This document shows, piece after piece, positions 25,638 to 34,265 of a stretch of 64,000 nt of DNA. The stretch covers positions 4,871 to 68,870 of the forward strand of contig JBEEKM010000002.1 in assembly GCA_041168645.1 (NCBI GenBank), written 5' to 3'. The DNA comes from Bacteroidota bacterium. Its GTDB lineage: Bacteria > Bacteroidota > Bacteroidia > Flavobacteriales_D > Crocinitomicaceae. The notes below the pieces were generated by a model. The model did no database searches. It was not told the DNA's origin and saw only the letters and a program-made list of their open reading frames with translations. Every line of letters begins with the position of its first letter. Positions within the stretch are counted from its first letter, which is position 1. A program made the translations under genes and the position numbers.

Positions 25638-27887
25638 CTATTTCTCGCGAACAAGGTGTATGAGTCCTTGCTTCTCAATTTCTTGGTTAGCGTTGGTTGT
25701 CGTTTTCGCTATATAAAAATAAACACCTTCTTCTAGCTCTTTTCCATTTTCATCGGTACCATCCCATTGGAAGGCAGGGTCAGTAAATGTTCTGATTGTG
25801 TTGCCCCAGCGGTTAACAATGATACACTCATAGATGGCTAAGCCACCATAGAAAGTCATGTGGAAGTAGTCATTGCTACCATCTCCGTTTGGACTAAATA
25901 CATTTGGGAACTCGATATCGCAATAGTAAAAAGTAACGAGCGTAGAGTCAATACTGACGCCACACATGTTAGTAGCAGCTACAATATATGTACCTGAATT
26001 GGTGACAGCAATAGTTGAATTTGTTTCATTGGTGTTCCAAGCGTAGCTAACGTTTTGTGGTTGAACAACAGCTGCGAGAGTGGCTGTTTCTCCAACACAA
26101 AGCGTAGTGTCGTTAATGGAAGTATAAGGATCTGCAACAAATGTGAGACTAAAACTTTGGTTAAAGCCACAAACGCTGTCTTGCATGTTGATGATATAAA
26201 TACCAGCGGTATCTGCAGTAATTAATGGATTTTCAGTCGTGGCATCATTGAAGGAAATGAGTCCTGAATTGGAGGTCCAGTTAGAGCCAGTATAGGAGAC
26301 CACACCATTAACTTGTAGCGTGAGGTTACACAAAACAGTGTCTGTCATGGGTGAAACAGGTGCCGGAATACTATCTACAATAATTTGAGTGCTGTCTGAA
26401 CAGCCAATTTGATCTATGACAGTAACCCAATAGCTACCTGAATTGAAATTCGGGAAATTACCAGTAATACTAGTGCCGACCAACACAGGGCCTTGGTGGA
26501 CAACAAAAACATAGGGGCTTACACCAAGAGTGGCGCTTGTAGAAATAGAGCCATCTTGTAAGCTACAAAACTCTAAAGTTGAAGTTGTAGGGCCAAGTTC
26601 AGGATTTGTCGAAGGGAAAATTTCTGCGGTCGTTTGGTCAAAGCAACCGTTGGCGTCTTCAACATAGACTTGATAGGATCCTGGAGATAAATTACTAAAA
26701 ACAGGGCTGGCAGAAAAGGTGCTGCCGTTTGTCAGGCTGTATTGATATGCAGGGGAACCTCCACTGACTGTTAGATCTATGACGCCATTATTGAGCCCAC
26801 ATGTGGTAGTAGTGACAATCATGTTGCTGATGTCAACTGAATCAACACCTTGTAAGGCGGCTTGTAGTGTATCCGAACAGTTATTCTGATCGACAAGAAT
26901 AATGGTGTAATTATTGATTCCTAAGTTGCTGAATGTACCAGAATTTTGAAAATTTTGACCATTATCAATGGAGTAGGTGTAACCCCCAGCACCTCCTGAA
27001 GAACTAGCAACTAAACTTCCATTGCTGCTACCGCAAGTTGGGTCGTTTTCAATAATTGTATCAATTTGCGGGTAGGAAATAAACAAAGTGATGGTGTCGT
27101 AACAAATATTGGTACTGTCTGTCATCATGACGATATAGCTCGTTGTTCCGGTAGGTGAGACCGGCGTAGGGTTGTCACCGGTATATACACCTGTAGGATA
27201 GGTATAATTGTCGTGAAGCCAAGTAATGGTGTAGTTCGGAATGGTGGCTGAAATAGAGATGTTGTCAAGGCCCCAGTGGTCGAATCCAGCACCTGAAACG
27301 GCGAGTTGCGTCCAACGAAATTTAGTAGTGGCTGTTTGTGCACCGATTGGAATGTCTTCACAATAGTTATTCCAAGACGTCATGTAGGAATCATAACCAC
27401 CATTAGGGCTCCAGTAGTTCATGGTAACCCATGTAGCACCATTATTTGTAGAATATTGCAAATAAACACCCTCATTGGCTAAGTCTGGACCTTCGCAAGG
27501 TGATGCTTGGGCTTGAATGGCATAACGCATTTCAAAACAAACTTCTCCTCCTGACGATACGTCTAGAGGGACAGTTGTCATGACGCGCGGCGCCACGGAT
27601 TGGTTTCCCATCCACATGAAGTCAGAGCCATCGAGGCTAGGTACGCCGCAAGTATTGTTGGCAATAGTAACAACTTGTGAGAAATCCCAACCGACTGGCT
27701 GGCCATTGTTAAAATTTTCACCAAAAGCGAGTACGCTAGTTCCTGAACCATTTACACTAAGTGTAGTTGAACCGTTGCACGGAACAATGGTGTCCTGAGC
27801 AATCGCTTGAACTGTACACTGTGCTTGAGCTGAGTTCAAGATAAAGAAGCCCGCGACGAGGCAGAGTAGTTGATAGTAGGTTTTCAT
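25638..27887 (-). CDS. large cell-surface protein with SprB-type repeats and a T9SS type-B (gliding-motility-associated) C-terminal domain
   Basis: The C-terminus is FPNVFSPNGDGSNDYFH...WGNTI...WDGTDENGKELEEGVYFY. Internal repeats are of the type CG.SNGS...SGG.G.YTYS. The N-terminal region is MAM-like, and there is a signal peptide. Confidence 0.85.
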   Translation of the reverse strand: MKTYYQLLCLVAGFFILNSAQAQCTVQAIAQDTIVPCNGSTTLSVNGSGTSVLAFGENFNNGQPVGWDFSQVVTIANNTCGVPSLDGSDFMWMGNQSVAPRVMTTVPLDVSSGGEVCFEMRYAIQAQASPCEGPDLANEGVYLQYSTNNGATWVTMNYWSPNGGYDSYMTSWNNYCEDIPIGAQTATTKFRWTQLAVSGAGFDHWGLDNISISATIPNYTITWLHDNYTYPTGVYTGDNPTPVSPTGTTSYIVMMTDSTNICYDTITLFISYPQIDTIIENDPTCGSSNGSLVASSSGGAGGYTYSIDNGQNFQNSGTFSNLGINNYTIILVDQNNCSDTLQAALQGVDSVDISNMIVTTTTCGLNNGVIDLTVSGGSPAYQYSLTNGSTFSASPVFSNLSPGSYQVYVEDANGCFDQTTAEIFPSTNPELGPTTSTLEFCSLQDGSISTSATLGVSPYVFVVHQGPVLVGTSITGNFPNFNSGSYWVTVIDQIGCSDSTQIIVDSIPAPVSPMTDTVLCNLTLQVNGVVSYTGSNWTSNSGLISFNDATTENPLITADTAGIYIINMQDSVCGFNQSFSLTFVADPYTSINDTTLCVGETATLAAVVQPQNVSYAWNTNETNSTIAVTNSGTYIVAATNMCGVSIDSTLVTFYYCDIEFPNVFSPNGDGSNDYFHMTFYGGLAIYECIIVNRWGNTIRTFTDPAFQWDGTDENGKELEEGVYFYIAKTTTNANQEIEKQGLIHLVREK

Positions 27888-27896
27888 GAGAAAGAA

Positions 27897-28298
27897 TTAT
27901 TGAACCGTAACACTGACAATTTTAAAATCTGTCAGTTGTGTTTTGGTTAAATGGGCAGGCATGTGATCAAAAATTGTGAGGCCCTGACGGTTGCGATCAA
28001 GGCATACACCTTCTAATTTTTCTTGAGGTTGTAAAGTTTGTGTGTAAACCATTTCAGGATGCCCGCAAGTAGCACAAGCACCGTCGTAGTACAATTCAAA
28101 GCTGTAATTGACAACTTTAACTTGATTGGTCGTATTTGTAATGGTGAGTTGAATGAGGTCTGCTTCGTATCCTTCTGAAGGCACATTGCAGTGTAATGGC
28201 TTGGTTTGGATTTCGATTCCGGATTTAGAGATTGATTTTTGAGCAAAGCTGGTTGCTGAAAAAAGGAGGAGGCCGATGATCGTAAGACGCATTTTCAT
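27897..28298 (-). CDS. hypothetical small secreted protein
   Basis: The signal peptide is MKMRLTIIGLLLFSATSFAQ. It lies 9 nt upstream of the T9SS type-B gene. I recognise no family. Confidence 0.5.
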   Translation of the reverse strand: MKMRLTIIGLLLFSATSFAQKSISKSGIEIQTKPLHCNVPSEGYEADLIQLTITNTTNQVKVVNYSFELYYDGACATCGHPEMVYTQTLQPQEKLEGVCLDRNRQGLTIFDHMPAHLTKTQLTDFKIVSVTVQ

Positions 28299-28380
28299 AG
28301 AATTAGTTTAGATTTGTGCTAGACGCGAACTTCAATGTATAAGTTGCACGCGTTGTAAATTTAGCACAAATTAAGCAAAT

Positions 28381-28830
28381 TTGAAAGAAATCGAACGAAA
28401 GTTCCTTGTGGAAAATGACCACTGGAAATCAGCAAATATAATAGGGCAAAGAGTGCTCAAGCAAGCTTATTTACTTCGGGAAGCTGACCGTTCGGTGCGC
28501 ATTCGCATCACAGATACCATGGCTTTTTTCACCGTTAAACTCGGTGTTGGAATCACGCGCAGTGAATTTGAATACGAAATTCCTGTTGAGGAAGCCGAAA
28601 TCATGATCGCTGAAGCCAATTTAAAATGCTTAGACAAAACCCGTTATTACATCCAATACAAAGCAGCGACGTGGGAGCTCGATGTATTCCATGGTGCACT
28701 TGAAGGATTGGTTGTTGCTGAGCTTGAGTTAGATGCTGAAGATCAGCACATTGACCTACCAAGTTGGGTAGGGAAAGAAGTGACGCTCGACCCTAACTAT
28801 TTGAATTCCAATCTGATTGAAAAGGTTTAA
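28381..28830 (+). CDS. CYTH-domain protein (triphosphate tunnel metalloenzyme family)
   Basis: A TTG start gives MKEIERKFLV, the hallmark ExExK CYTH N-terminus. RIR... and ELE blocks follow. Confidence 0.8.
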   Translation: MKEIERKFLVENDHWKSANIIGQRVLKQAYLLREADRSVRIRITDTMAFFTVKLGVGITRSEFEYEIPVEEAEIMIAEANLKCLDKTRYYIQYKAATWELDVFHGALEGLVVAELELDAEDQHIDLPSWVGKEVTLDPNYLNSNLIEKV

Positions 28831-28840
28831 GGATAGAACT

Positions 28841-29167
28841 TTAAAGTTCCTCTTGTTCAAGCGGTTCTTTGAGTAAATCAATGACGGTGCAACCTAATTC
28901 TAGGTGAAAGAAATGTGTGAATGTTTGTGTTTCGCTGAGTGCAGGCCAATTTTTAGGGTCTGCCTCGATATTACTGCATTCTTGAGCCCATATTTTTTTG
29001 GCGTATTTTTCGATGATGAGGTCGTCGTCCCAGAATTCTTCTTCAATTAAATATAGACTGCCTTCTGAGTCTTCATCCATCATGAGTTCTGGGTCAATTT
29101 GAGTTGCCCACTCGATAAAGGCAGTTTTGGGTTTAGCCAGAAGAAAACCACGGTTGATTAATTTCAT
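28841..29167 (-). CDS. hypothetical small acidic cytoplasmic protein
   Basis: It is 108 aa with no signal peptide, and its start overlaps the stop of the upstream lipoprotein gene by 4 nt (ATGA). Confidence 0.5.
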   Translation of the reverse strand: MKLINRGFLLAKPKTAFIEWATQIDPELMMDEDSEGSLYLIEEEFWDDDLIIEKYAKKIWAQECSNIEADPKNWPALSETQTFTHFFHLELGCTVIDLLKEPLEQEEL

Positions 29168-29796
29168 AAGTTGACGATTTGTGCGTTTTTATATTGGTAC
29201 CATTTGGTGCTTTTTCTAGGCTGACCCAACATCACATATTTGAAGTTTGCTTGTTGGTGACGTCCACTCAGGTATTTGAGCCAATCTTTGTAGTTGATTT
29301 TTTTTGTGGATTGAACAGCTGTGATTTGATTATTTGCAAGTACAATCAAGGTAAATTGTTTGAATAGCTTATCACTAGAACCTATTTTGAAGGGCTGTTG
29401 ACTGTTGAATTGATCGAGCCAATTAAAAAATGCTTCGTTTGCTTGATTTGAATCTTTAAATGCCCATTCTTGATGCCCGAAAGTTTGCGACAAAGAATCA
29501 GTGCAAAGTACATGAAAATGCTTTTGCGAAAAGCGATTGAGGAAGTGCTTTTGTTGCGAACTATCAAGACTCACACTCGCCATTTTAAGTTGACATGAAT
29601 CATTGGCATAGCTTTTGAGAAAAGAGGAGAGTGTGTCCAACTCAGTAGGCGTGCTTATTTTCTGATCTTTTTGGCTAGACTTCGGTCTGATTTGATCCAA
29701 ATTTGTAACAGCATCAGCTGGTTGGTCTTGACAGGCCATTGTCAAAGTCAAAAAAGAAACGAGAATATACAACAGGGGTTTGGTCAGTGCACGCAT
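29164..29796 (-). CDS. hypothetical lipoprotein
   Basis: The lipobox-like N-terminus is MRALTKPLLYILVSFLTLTMAC. I recognise no family. Confidence 0.55.
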   Translation of the reverse strand: MRALTKPLLYILVSFLTLTMACQDQPADAVTNLDQIRPKSSQKDQKISTPTELDTLSSFLKSYANDSCQLKMASVSLDSSQQKHFLNRFSQKHFHVLCTDSLSQTFGHQEWAFKDSNQANEAFFNWLDQFNSQQPFKIGSSDKLFKQFTLIVLANNQITAVQSTKKINYKDWLKYLSGRHQQANFKYVMLGQPRKSTKWYQYKNAQIVNL

Positions 29797-29804
29797 CTTT
29801 TAAT

Positions 29805-29812
29805 TAATTTTG
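29805..29812 (+). promoter_or_regulatory. candidate -7 promoter box for the 29830 gene
   Basis: TAATTTTG lies 17 nt upstream of ATG 29830. Confidence 0.4.
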
Positions 29813-29814
29813 AA

Positions 29815-29822
29815 CAAATTTA
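29815..29822 (-). promoter_or_regulatory. candidate -7 promoter box for the 29796 gene
   Basis: The minus strand reads TAAATTTG, 18 nt upstream of the ATG at 29796. Confidence 0.4.
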
Positions 29823-29829
29823 ACAAACT

Positions 29830-30378
29830 ATGAAGCAATTTGTATTGTTTGCCGTCTTGGCTTTTATCAGCTTTTCTTGTGGTACAAAAGTACAGTATAC
29901 AACAGCTGTGCGCGATGAATTCAATTTAGATACCGAAGAAAAACTTCGTCAGGTACAATTTTACATCTCGCATACCATCATTCTCAACCAAATGAATGTG
30001 CAATCAAGTGAGTTGACCACGCAAAACGGCGCTTTGGTGGCTAGTTCAAATAGCCAATCAGAGTCTGTCATTATTCCGGCCGGAACAAAATGTATTTTTG
30101 AAGGTTTTGGCGATGCCGGACAAATCTTGGTGCGTTTTGAAACAGGTGACCAACGTTACATTCCATTTGCTACAAAAAATGAGGGCGCTAGCGTCAGACG
30201 CTATTACCTCGATGCAGACTGGACAGCCAGCGGTGGTGCAAAAATTAACTACGGCGGGAATGTATACAAAGTAGACCTCACTAGAGGGATGCCCAGACAA
30301 GCACATTTAGAAGTCGTTCGCAAGAAATTAGAAAAAACTAAACGCAAAGAGCGCGTCGTTAAAGGATTAAAAGTTTAA
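29830..30378 (+). CDS. hypothetical lipoprotein
   Basis: The N-terminus is MKQFVLFAVLAFISFSCG, and the C-terminal tail is basic. I recognise no family. Confidence 0.55.
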   Translation: MKQFVLFAVLAFISFSCGTKVQYTTAVRDEFNLDTEEKLRQVQFYISHTIILNQMNVQSSELTTQNGALVASSNSQSESVIIPAGTKCIFEGFGDAGQILVRFETGDQRYIPFATKNEGASVRRYYLDADWTASGGAKINYGGNVYKVDLTRGMPRQAHLEVVRKKLEKTKRKERVVKGLKV

Positions 30379-30385
30379 TCAGTAC

Positions 30386-32380
30386 ATGTCAATCAACACC
30401 AACATATCCTTTGATCCAAAAGGATTTGAAAAAGAAGAACTAATTAGCATTTATAAGAAGCTCGTCTTACCGAGGCTTATAGAAGAAAAAATGCTCATTT
30501 TATTGCGTCAAGGGAAAATCAGTAAATGGTTTTCTGGTTGGGGGCAAGAGGCTGTTTCAGTAGGAACCTCCTACGCGATGTCCTCAGATGAGTACATATT
30601 ACCCATGCACCGCAACCTTGGTGTATTCACCACCAGAGACATCCCCTTAAATCGTTTATTTGCCCAATTTCAAGGAAAAATGAGTGGTTACACCAAAGGT
30701 CGTGACCGCAGTTTTCATTTCGGAACGCAAGACCACAAATTGGTGGGTATGATCTCTCACCTTGGTCCGCAGCTTGGAATTGCAGATGGCATTGCACTGG
30801 CCAATAAAATCCGAGGGACACAAAATGCCACACTTGTTTACTCTGGAGATGGCGGTGCCTCAGAAGGAGATTTCCATGAAGCTTTAAACGTTGCAGCTGT
30901 TTGGGATTTACCGGTCATTTTTGCAATTGAAAATAATTGTTGGGGGCTCAGTACACCTTCCATAGAACAATTCCGTTGCAAGCAATTCATTGATAAGGGC
31001 ATAGGGTATGGCATGGAAGCGATTCAAGTGGATGGCAACAACATCCTTGACGTCATTCGAACGGTGCGTCATATCAAAGCTGAAATGGCACAAAGTCCAA
31101 GACCATTTTTACTAGAACTCATGACCTTCCGAATGCGAGGCCATGAAGAAGCGTCTGGTACCAAATATTATCCAGAAGGCTTACAAGAGTCTTGGGAATC
31201 CAGAGACCCTGTGGTTGCCTATGAAAACTATTTACTCGCTGAAGGTATTCTTTCAGAACAGTTTGTAAATGAGATTAAAGCCGATTTCAAACAACAAATT
31301 CAAACTGCCTTTGATCAAGCAAATGCAGAACCGAAAATTGTTCCAAATTTAGCGCAAGAACTCTCAGACGTTTATGCGCCTCATACGTTTAGCCCTGTTG
31401 TTGCTTCTAGTGCCAGCTCAGAAAAACGATTCATCGATGCCATACAAGACGGTCTGTCTTTAGCCATGGAAAAACATCCGGAACTCATTTTAATGGGTCA
31501 AGATATCGCTGAATATGGTGGTGCTTTTAAAGTGACAGAAGGCTTTGTGGAACGTTTTGGTAAAAATCGCGTCAGAAATACGCCGCTTTGTGAATCTGCC
31601 ATTATTGGTGCAGGTTTAGGCTTATCAATTGCAGGCATGAAAGCCATGGTTGAGATGCAGTTTGCCGACTTCGTGAGTGTGGGCTTCAATCAAATTGTAA
31701 ATAATCTTGCTAAACTTCATTGGCGTTGGGGACAACAAGCAGACGTTGTGGTGCGCATGCCTACAGGAGCGGGTACTGCTGCTGGCCCTTTTCATTCGCA
31801 AAGTAATGAAGCATGGTTTGTACATACACCAGGCTTAAAAGTGCTTTACCCATCAAACCCACAAGATGCTAAAGGGCTTTTACTTGCGGCTTTTGAAGAT
31901 CCAAACCCAGTGATTTTCTTCGAGCATAAATACTTGTATCGCAGTCTAAAAGGCATGGTGCCAGATGCTTATTACAATGTTGAAATTGGAAAGGCGGCAA
32001 CCGTTCAATCTGGTTCGGACCTCACTATACTTACCTATGGTTTAGGTGTTCATTGGGCACTTGACGCCGCTGCTTCCAGACCAAATGCCAGTATAGAAAT
32101 CCTTGACCTCAGAACCTTGTTGCCACTCGATAAAGAGGCGATTATTGCAGCTGCATCAAAAACGGGTCGTGTATTAGTTCTGCATGAAGATACCACCACA
32201 GGCGGTATCGGAGGCGAGCTAGTGGCTTTGGTCAATGAGCATTGTTTTGAAGCGCTAGATGCTCCTGTACTCAGAGTTGCCTCTTTAGATACACCAGTTC
32301 CATTTGCAGCCGACCTCGAGCAACAATTTTTAGCCAATTCTCGACTGCTCGACACCATTGATCAGCTCCTGAACTATTAA
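30386..32380 (+). CDS. fused alpha/beta E1 component of a 2-oxoacid (branched-chain/pyruvate-type) dehydrogenase, TPP-dependent
   Basis: The N-terminal half is E1-alpha, with the TPP motif YSGDGGASEGDFHEALNVAAVWDLPVIFAIENN. The C-terminal half is E1-beta/transketolase-like (MGQDIAEYGGAFKVTEGF...RVRNTPLCESAIIG). Confidence 0.88.
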   Translation: MSINTNISFDPKGFEKEELISIYKKLVLPRLIEEKMLILLRQGKISKWFSGWGQEAVSVGTSYAMSSDEYILPMHRNLGVFTTRDIPLNRLFAQFQGKMSGYTKGRDRSFHFGTQDHKLVGMISHLGPQLGIADGIALANKIRGTQNATLVYSGDGGASEGDFHEALNVAAVWDLPVIFAIENNCWGLSTPSIEQFRCKQFIDKGIGYGMEAIQVDGNNILDVIRTVRHIKAEMAQSPRPFLLELMTFRMRGHEEASGTKYYPEGLQESWESRDPVVAYENYLLAEGILSEQFVNEIKADFKQQIQTAFDQANAEPKIVPNLAQELSDVYAPHTFSPVVASSASSEKRFIDAIQDGLSLAMEKHPELILMGQDIAEYGGAFKVTEGFVERFGKNRVRNTPLCESAIIGAGLGLSIAGMKAMVEMQFADFVSVGFNQIVNNLAKLHWRWGQQADVVVRMPTGAGTAAGPFHSQSNEAWFVHTPGLKVLYPSNPQDAKGLLLAAFEDPNPVIFFEHKYLYRSLKGMVPDAYYNVEIGKAATVQSGSDLTILTYGLGVHWALDAAASRPNASIEILDLRTLLPLDKEAIIAAASKTGRVLVLHEDTTTGGIGGELVALVNEHCFEALDAPVLRVASLDTPVPFAADLEQQFLANSRLLDTIDQLLNY

Positions 32381-32381
32381 C

Positions 32382-34214
32382 GTGCTCAAAAAAATCTCGC
32401 CACTACAGCCATTCTTTTGGCTTTGGCTCGCCATGAGTATATTGCGTTTGGCTTTTGCCTGGCAAAATGCAAGTTTTTTTGAATCCCTTCAACTGGGTTC
32501 ATTTGTTTACGGTGCTTTATTTGATGCCGTAACTATAGCCTTGCTTGCTTTGCCTTATGCCTTTTTTAGCATGCCGCTTCAATGGAAGGCTAGTAAATTT
32601 TACCGTGTGGTAGGTAAATCTTACCTTTTTCTGATTGCCTTATTTGTATTAGTGTTGAATACCTGGGACATCGCTTATTTTTCGTACACACAAAAGCGTT
32701 CTAGTTTTAGTTATTTCACGCATATACTTACGGGTACTGAAACTAGCTCTTTAGCAGGTGAATTTTTAGCAGAATTTTGGTGGTTGCCCATTTTGTTTAT
32801 CATACTACTCTTTGTTCTCATTGGCATTCTTCAAAAGCAGCCGAGAAATAGTACAATCCCGTCCTCAAAACCGAAGGCTTGGGTTTTCTACTTGTTATCA
32901 CTTTTTGTTACCTTCTCACTAGCTAGAGGTGGATTCGCTTTAAGGCCAATTAGCATCATTGATGCAACGGCGCTAACTAGTCTTGAACAAGCGCCTATTG
33001 TCTTGAACACGGCTTTTACAGTACTCAAAACCAGCCGCTACGACGACCCCAAAAAAGTGCAATATTTATCAGATAATGAGGTGCTTAGGTTTTTGCCAAC
33101 AGCACATCGAAGGAAACATCAACATCTGCCCAAACAAACGAACGTAGTGGTGGTTATGCTTGAAAGTTTTGGAACTGTTTATGCAGGACCAAACAGTAAG
33201 GAATCCTATACGCCTTTTCTTGATTCCATACTCTCAGGAGGTTTATTTCTAGAAAATGCCATTGCAAATGGCCGCACTTCAATGGATGCGGTACCAGCAA
33301 TTTTAGCGGGGATGCCCTCGTGGCAAAACGAGTCTTACATTCTTAGCCCTTTTTGCACCAATCAAATTGATGCGTTGCCAAGTTTTTTTAAACAGAAAGG
33401 ATACCATACTTCGTTTTTTCACGGAGCCAAAACAGGTTCTATGAATTTTGACGATTTTACAAAGGCTATTGGTGTTGATCATTATTATGGGATGGAGCAG
33501 TATAAAGGTCCGGAAGCTTTTGATGGCAATTGGGGCATCTGGGATCACGCTATGTTTTCGTTTTTTGCTGACGAACTCAGCACTTTCAAAGTACCATTCT
33601 TTAGCACTATCTTTTCCTTGAGCTCGCATCATCCGTATTTGCTTCCTACAAACTACAAAAACCTCGTTAAAAAAGGCCCTGAGCCACTTTGTGCGACCAT
33701 CTCGTATACAGATCAAGCCCTAAAAGAATTCTTCAAAAAAGCCAGCACTAAAAAGTGGTTCAAAAACACCATGTTTGTTTTCGTTGCAGATCATGTTGGG
33801 CCTACGCGCAGCGCTTCAAACCAAAATCTTCCCGATCGTTATCATATTCCCATTGGTTTTTATCACCCTGGGCTGAATTTACAAGCGCTTTATACAAATC
33901 AATACGAGACCTCTGCCGTTTTTCAACAGATTGATATTTTCCCGACTATTTTAGACATGCTTGGTTATGATAATCAAGCTTTTTGCTTTGGCCAGTCCCT
34001 GTTTGCCAAAGAACAAGGTGCTAAAATGGTTTATGAAAATGGGAGCCTTGTTTTATTTAAATGTCCGTCAAAGACTTTGGATATTTTTTCTTGGATGCCT
34101 TTTGAAAAGCGCGCAGTAACAAAACAAGAGCGCATTTACATCCAGAAACTTCAGGCAAACTACCAAAATTACCAGCATCGTCTTATTGAAAATCGTTGCT
34201 GCAAGGGTAGATAG
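32382..34214 (+). CDS. LTA-synthase/sulfatase-family membrane protein (phosphoglycerol or phosphoethanolamine-transferase-like)
   Basis: Five or so N-terminal TM helices are followed by a sulfatase-type domain (VVVMLESFG ... SMDAVPA ... LSSHHPY ... VADHVG). It has a GTG start 1 nt after the E1 stop. Confidence 0.8.
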   Translation: MLKKISPLQPFFWLWLAMSILRLAFAWQNASFFESLQLGSFVYGALFDAVTIALLALPYAFFSMPLQWKASKFYRVVGKSYLFLIALFVLVLNTWDIAYFSYTQKRSSFSYFTHILTGTETSSLAGEFLAEFWWLPILFIILLFVLIGILQKQPRNSTIPSSKPKAWVFYLLSLFVTFSLARGGFALRPISIIDATALTSLEQAPIVLNTAFTVLKTSRYDDPKKVQYLSDNEVLRFLPTAHRRKHQHLPKQTNVVVVMLESFGTVYAGPNSKESYTPFLDSILSGGLFLENAIANGRTSMDAVPAILAGMPSWQNESYILSPFCTNQIDALPSFFKQKGYHTSFFHGAKTGSMNFDDFTKAIGVDHYYGMEQYKGPEAFDGNWGIWDHAMFSFFADELSTFKVPFFSTIFSLSSHHPYLLPTNYKNLVKKGPEPLCATISYTDQALKEFFKKASTKKWFKNTMFVFVADHVGPTRSASNQNLPDRYHIPIGFYHPGLNLQALYTNQYETSAVFQQIDIFPTILDMLGYDNQAFCFGQSLFAKEQGAKMVYENGSLVLFKCPSKTLDIFSWMPFEKRAVTKQERIYIQKLQANYQNYQHRLIENRCCKGR

Positions 34215-34238
34215 CACACATATCATCGAGGAATTCTG

Positions 34239-34246
34239 TATCTTTG
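34239..34246 (+). promoter_or_regulatory. candidate -7 promoter box for proS
   Basis: TATCTTTG lies 19 nt upstream of ATG 34266. Confidence 0.45.
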
Positions 34247-34265
34247 CGCTTTCAATTCAAGAGCA

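Noticed and set aside
28832-28850. 14-bp perfect palindrome GAACTTTAAAGTTC between convergent genes, considered as a possible bidirectional terminator
   Set aside because: It has no loop and no flanking T or A runs, and it overlaps the stop region of the 28841 gene. A few 14-bp palindromes are expected by chance in 64 kb.
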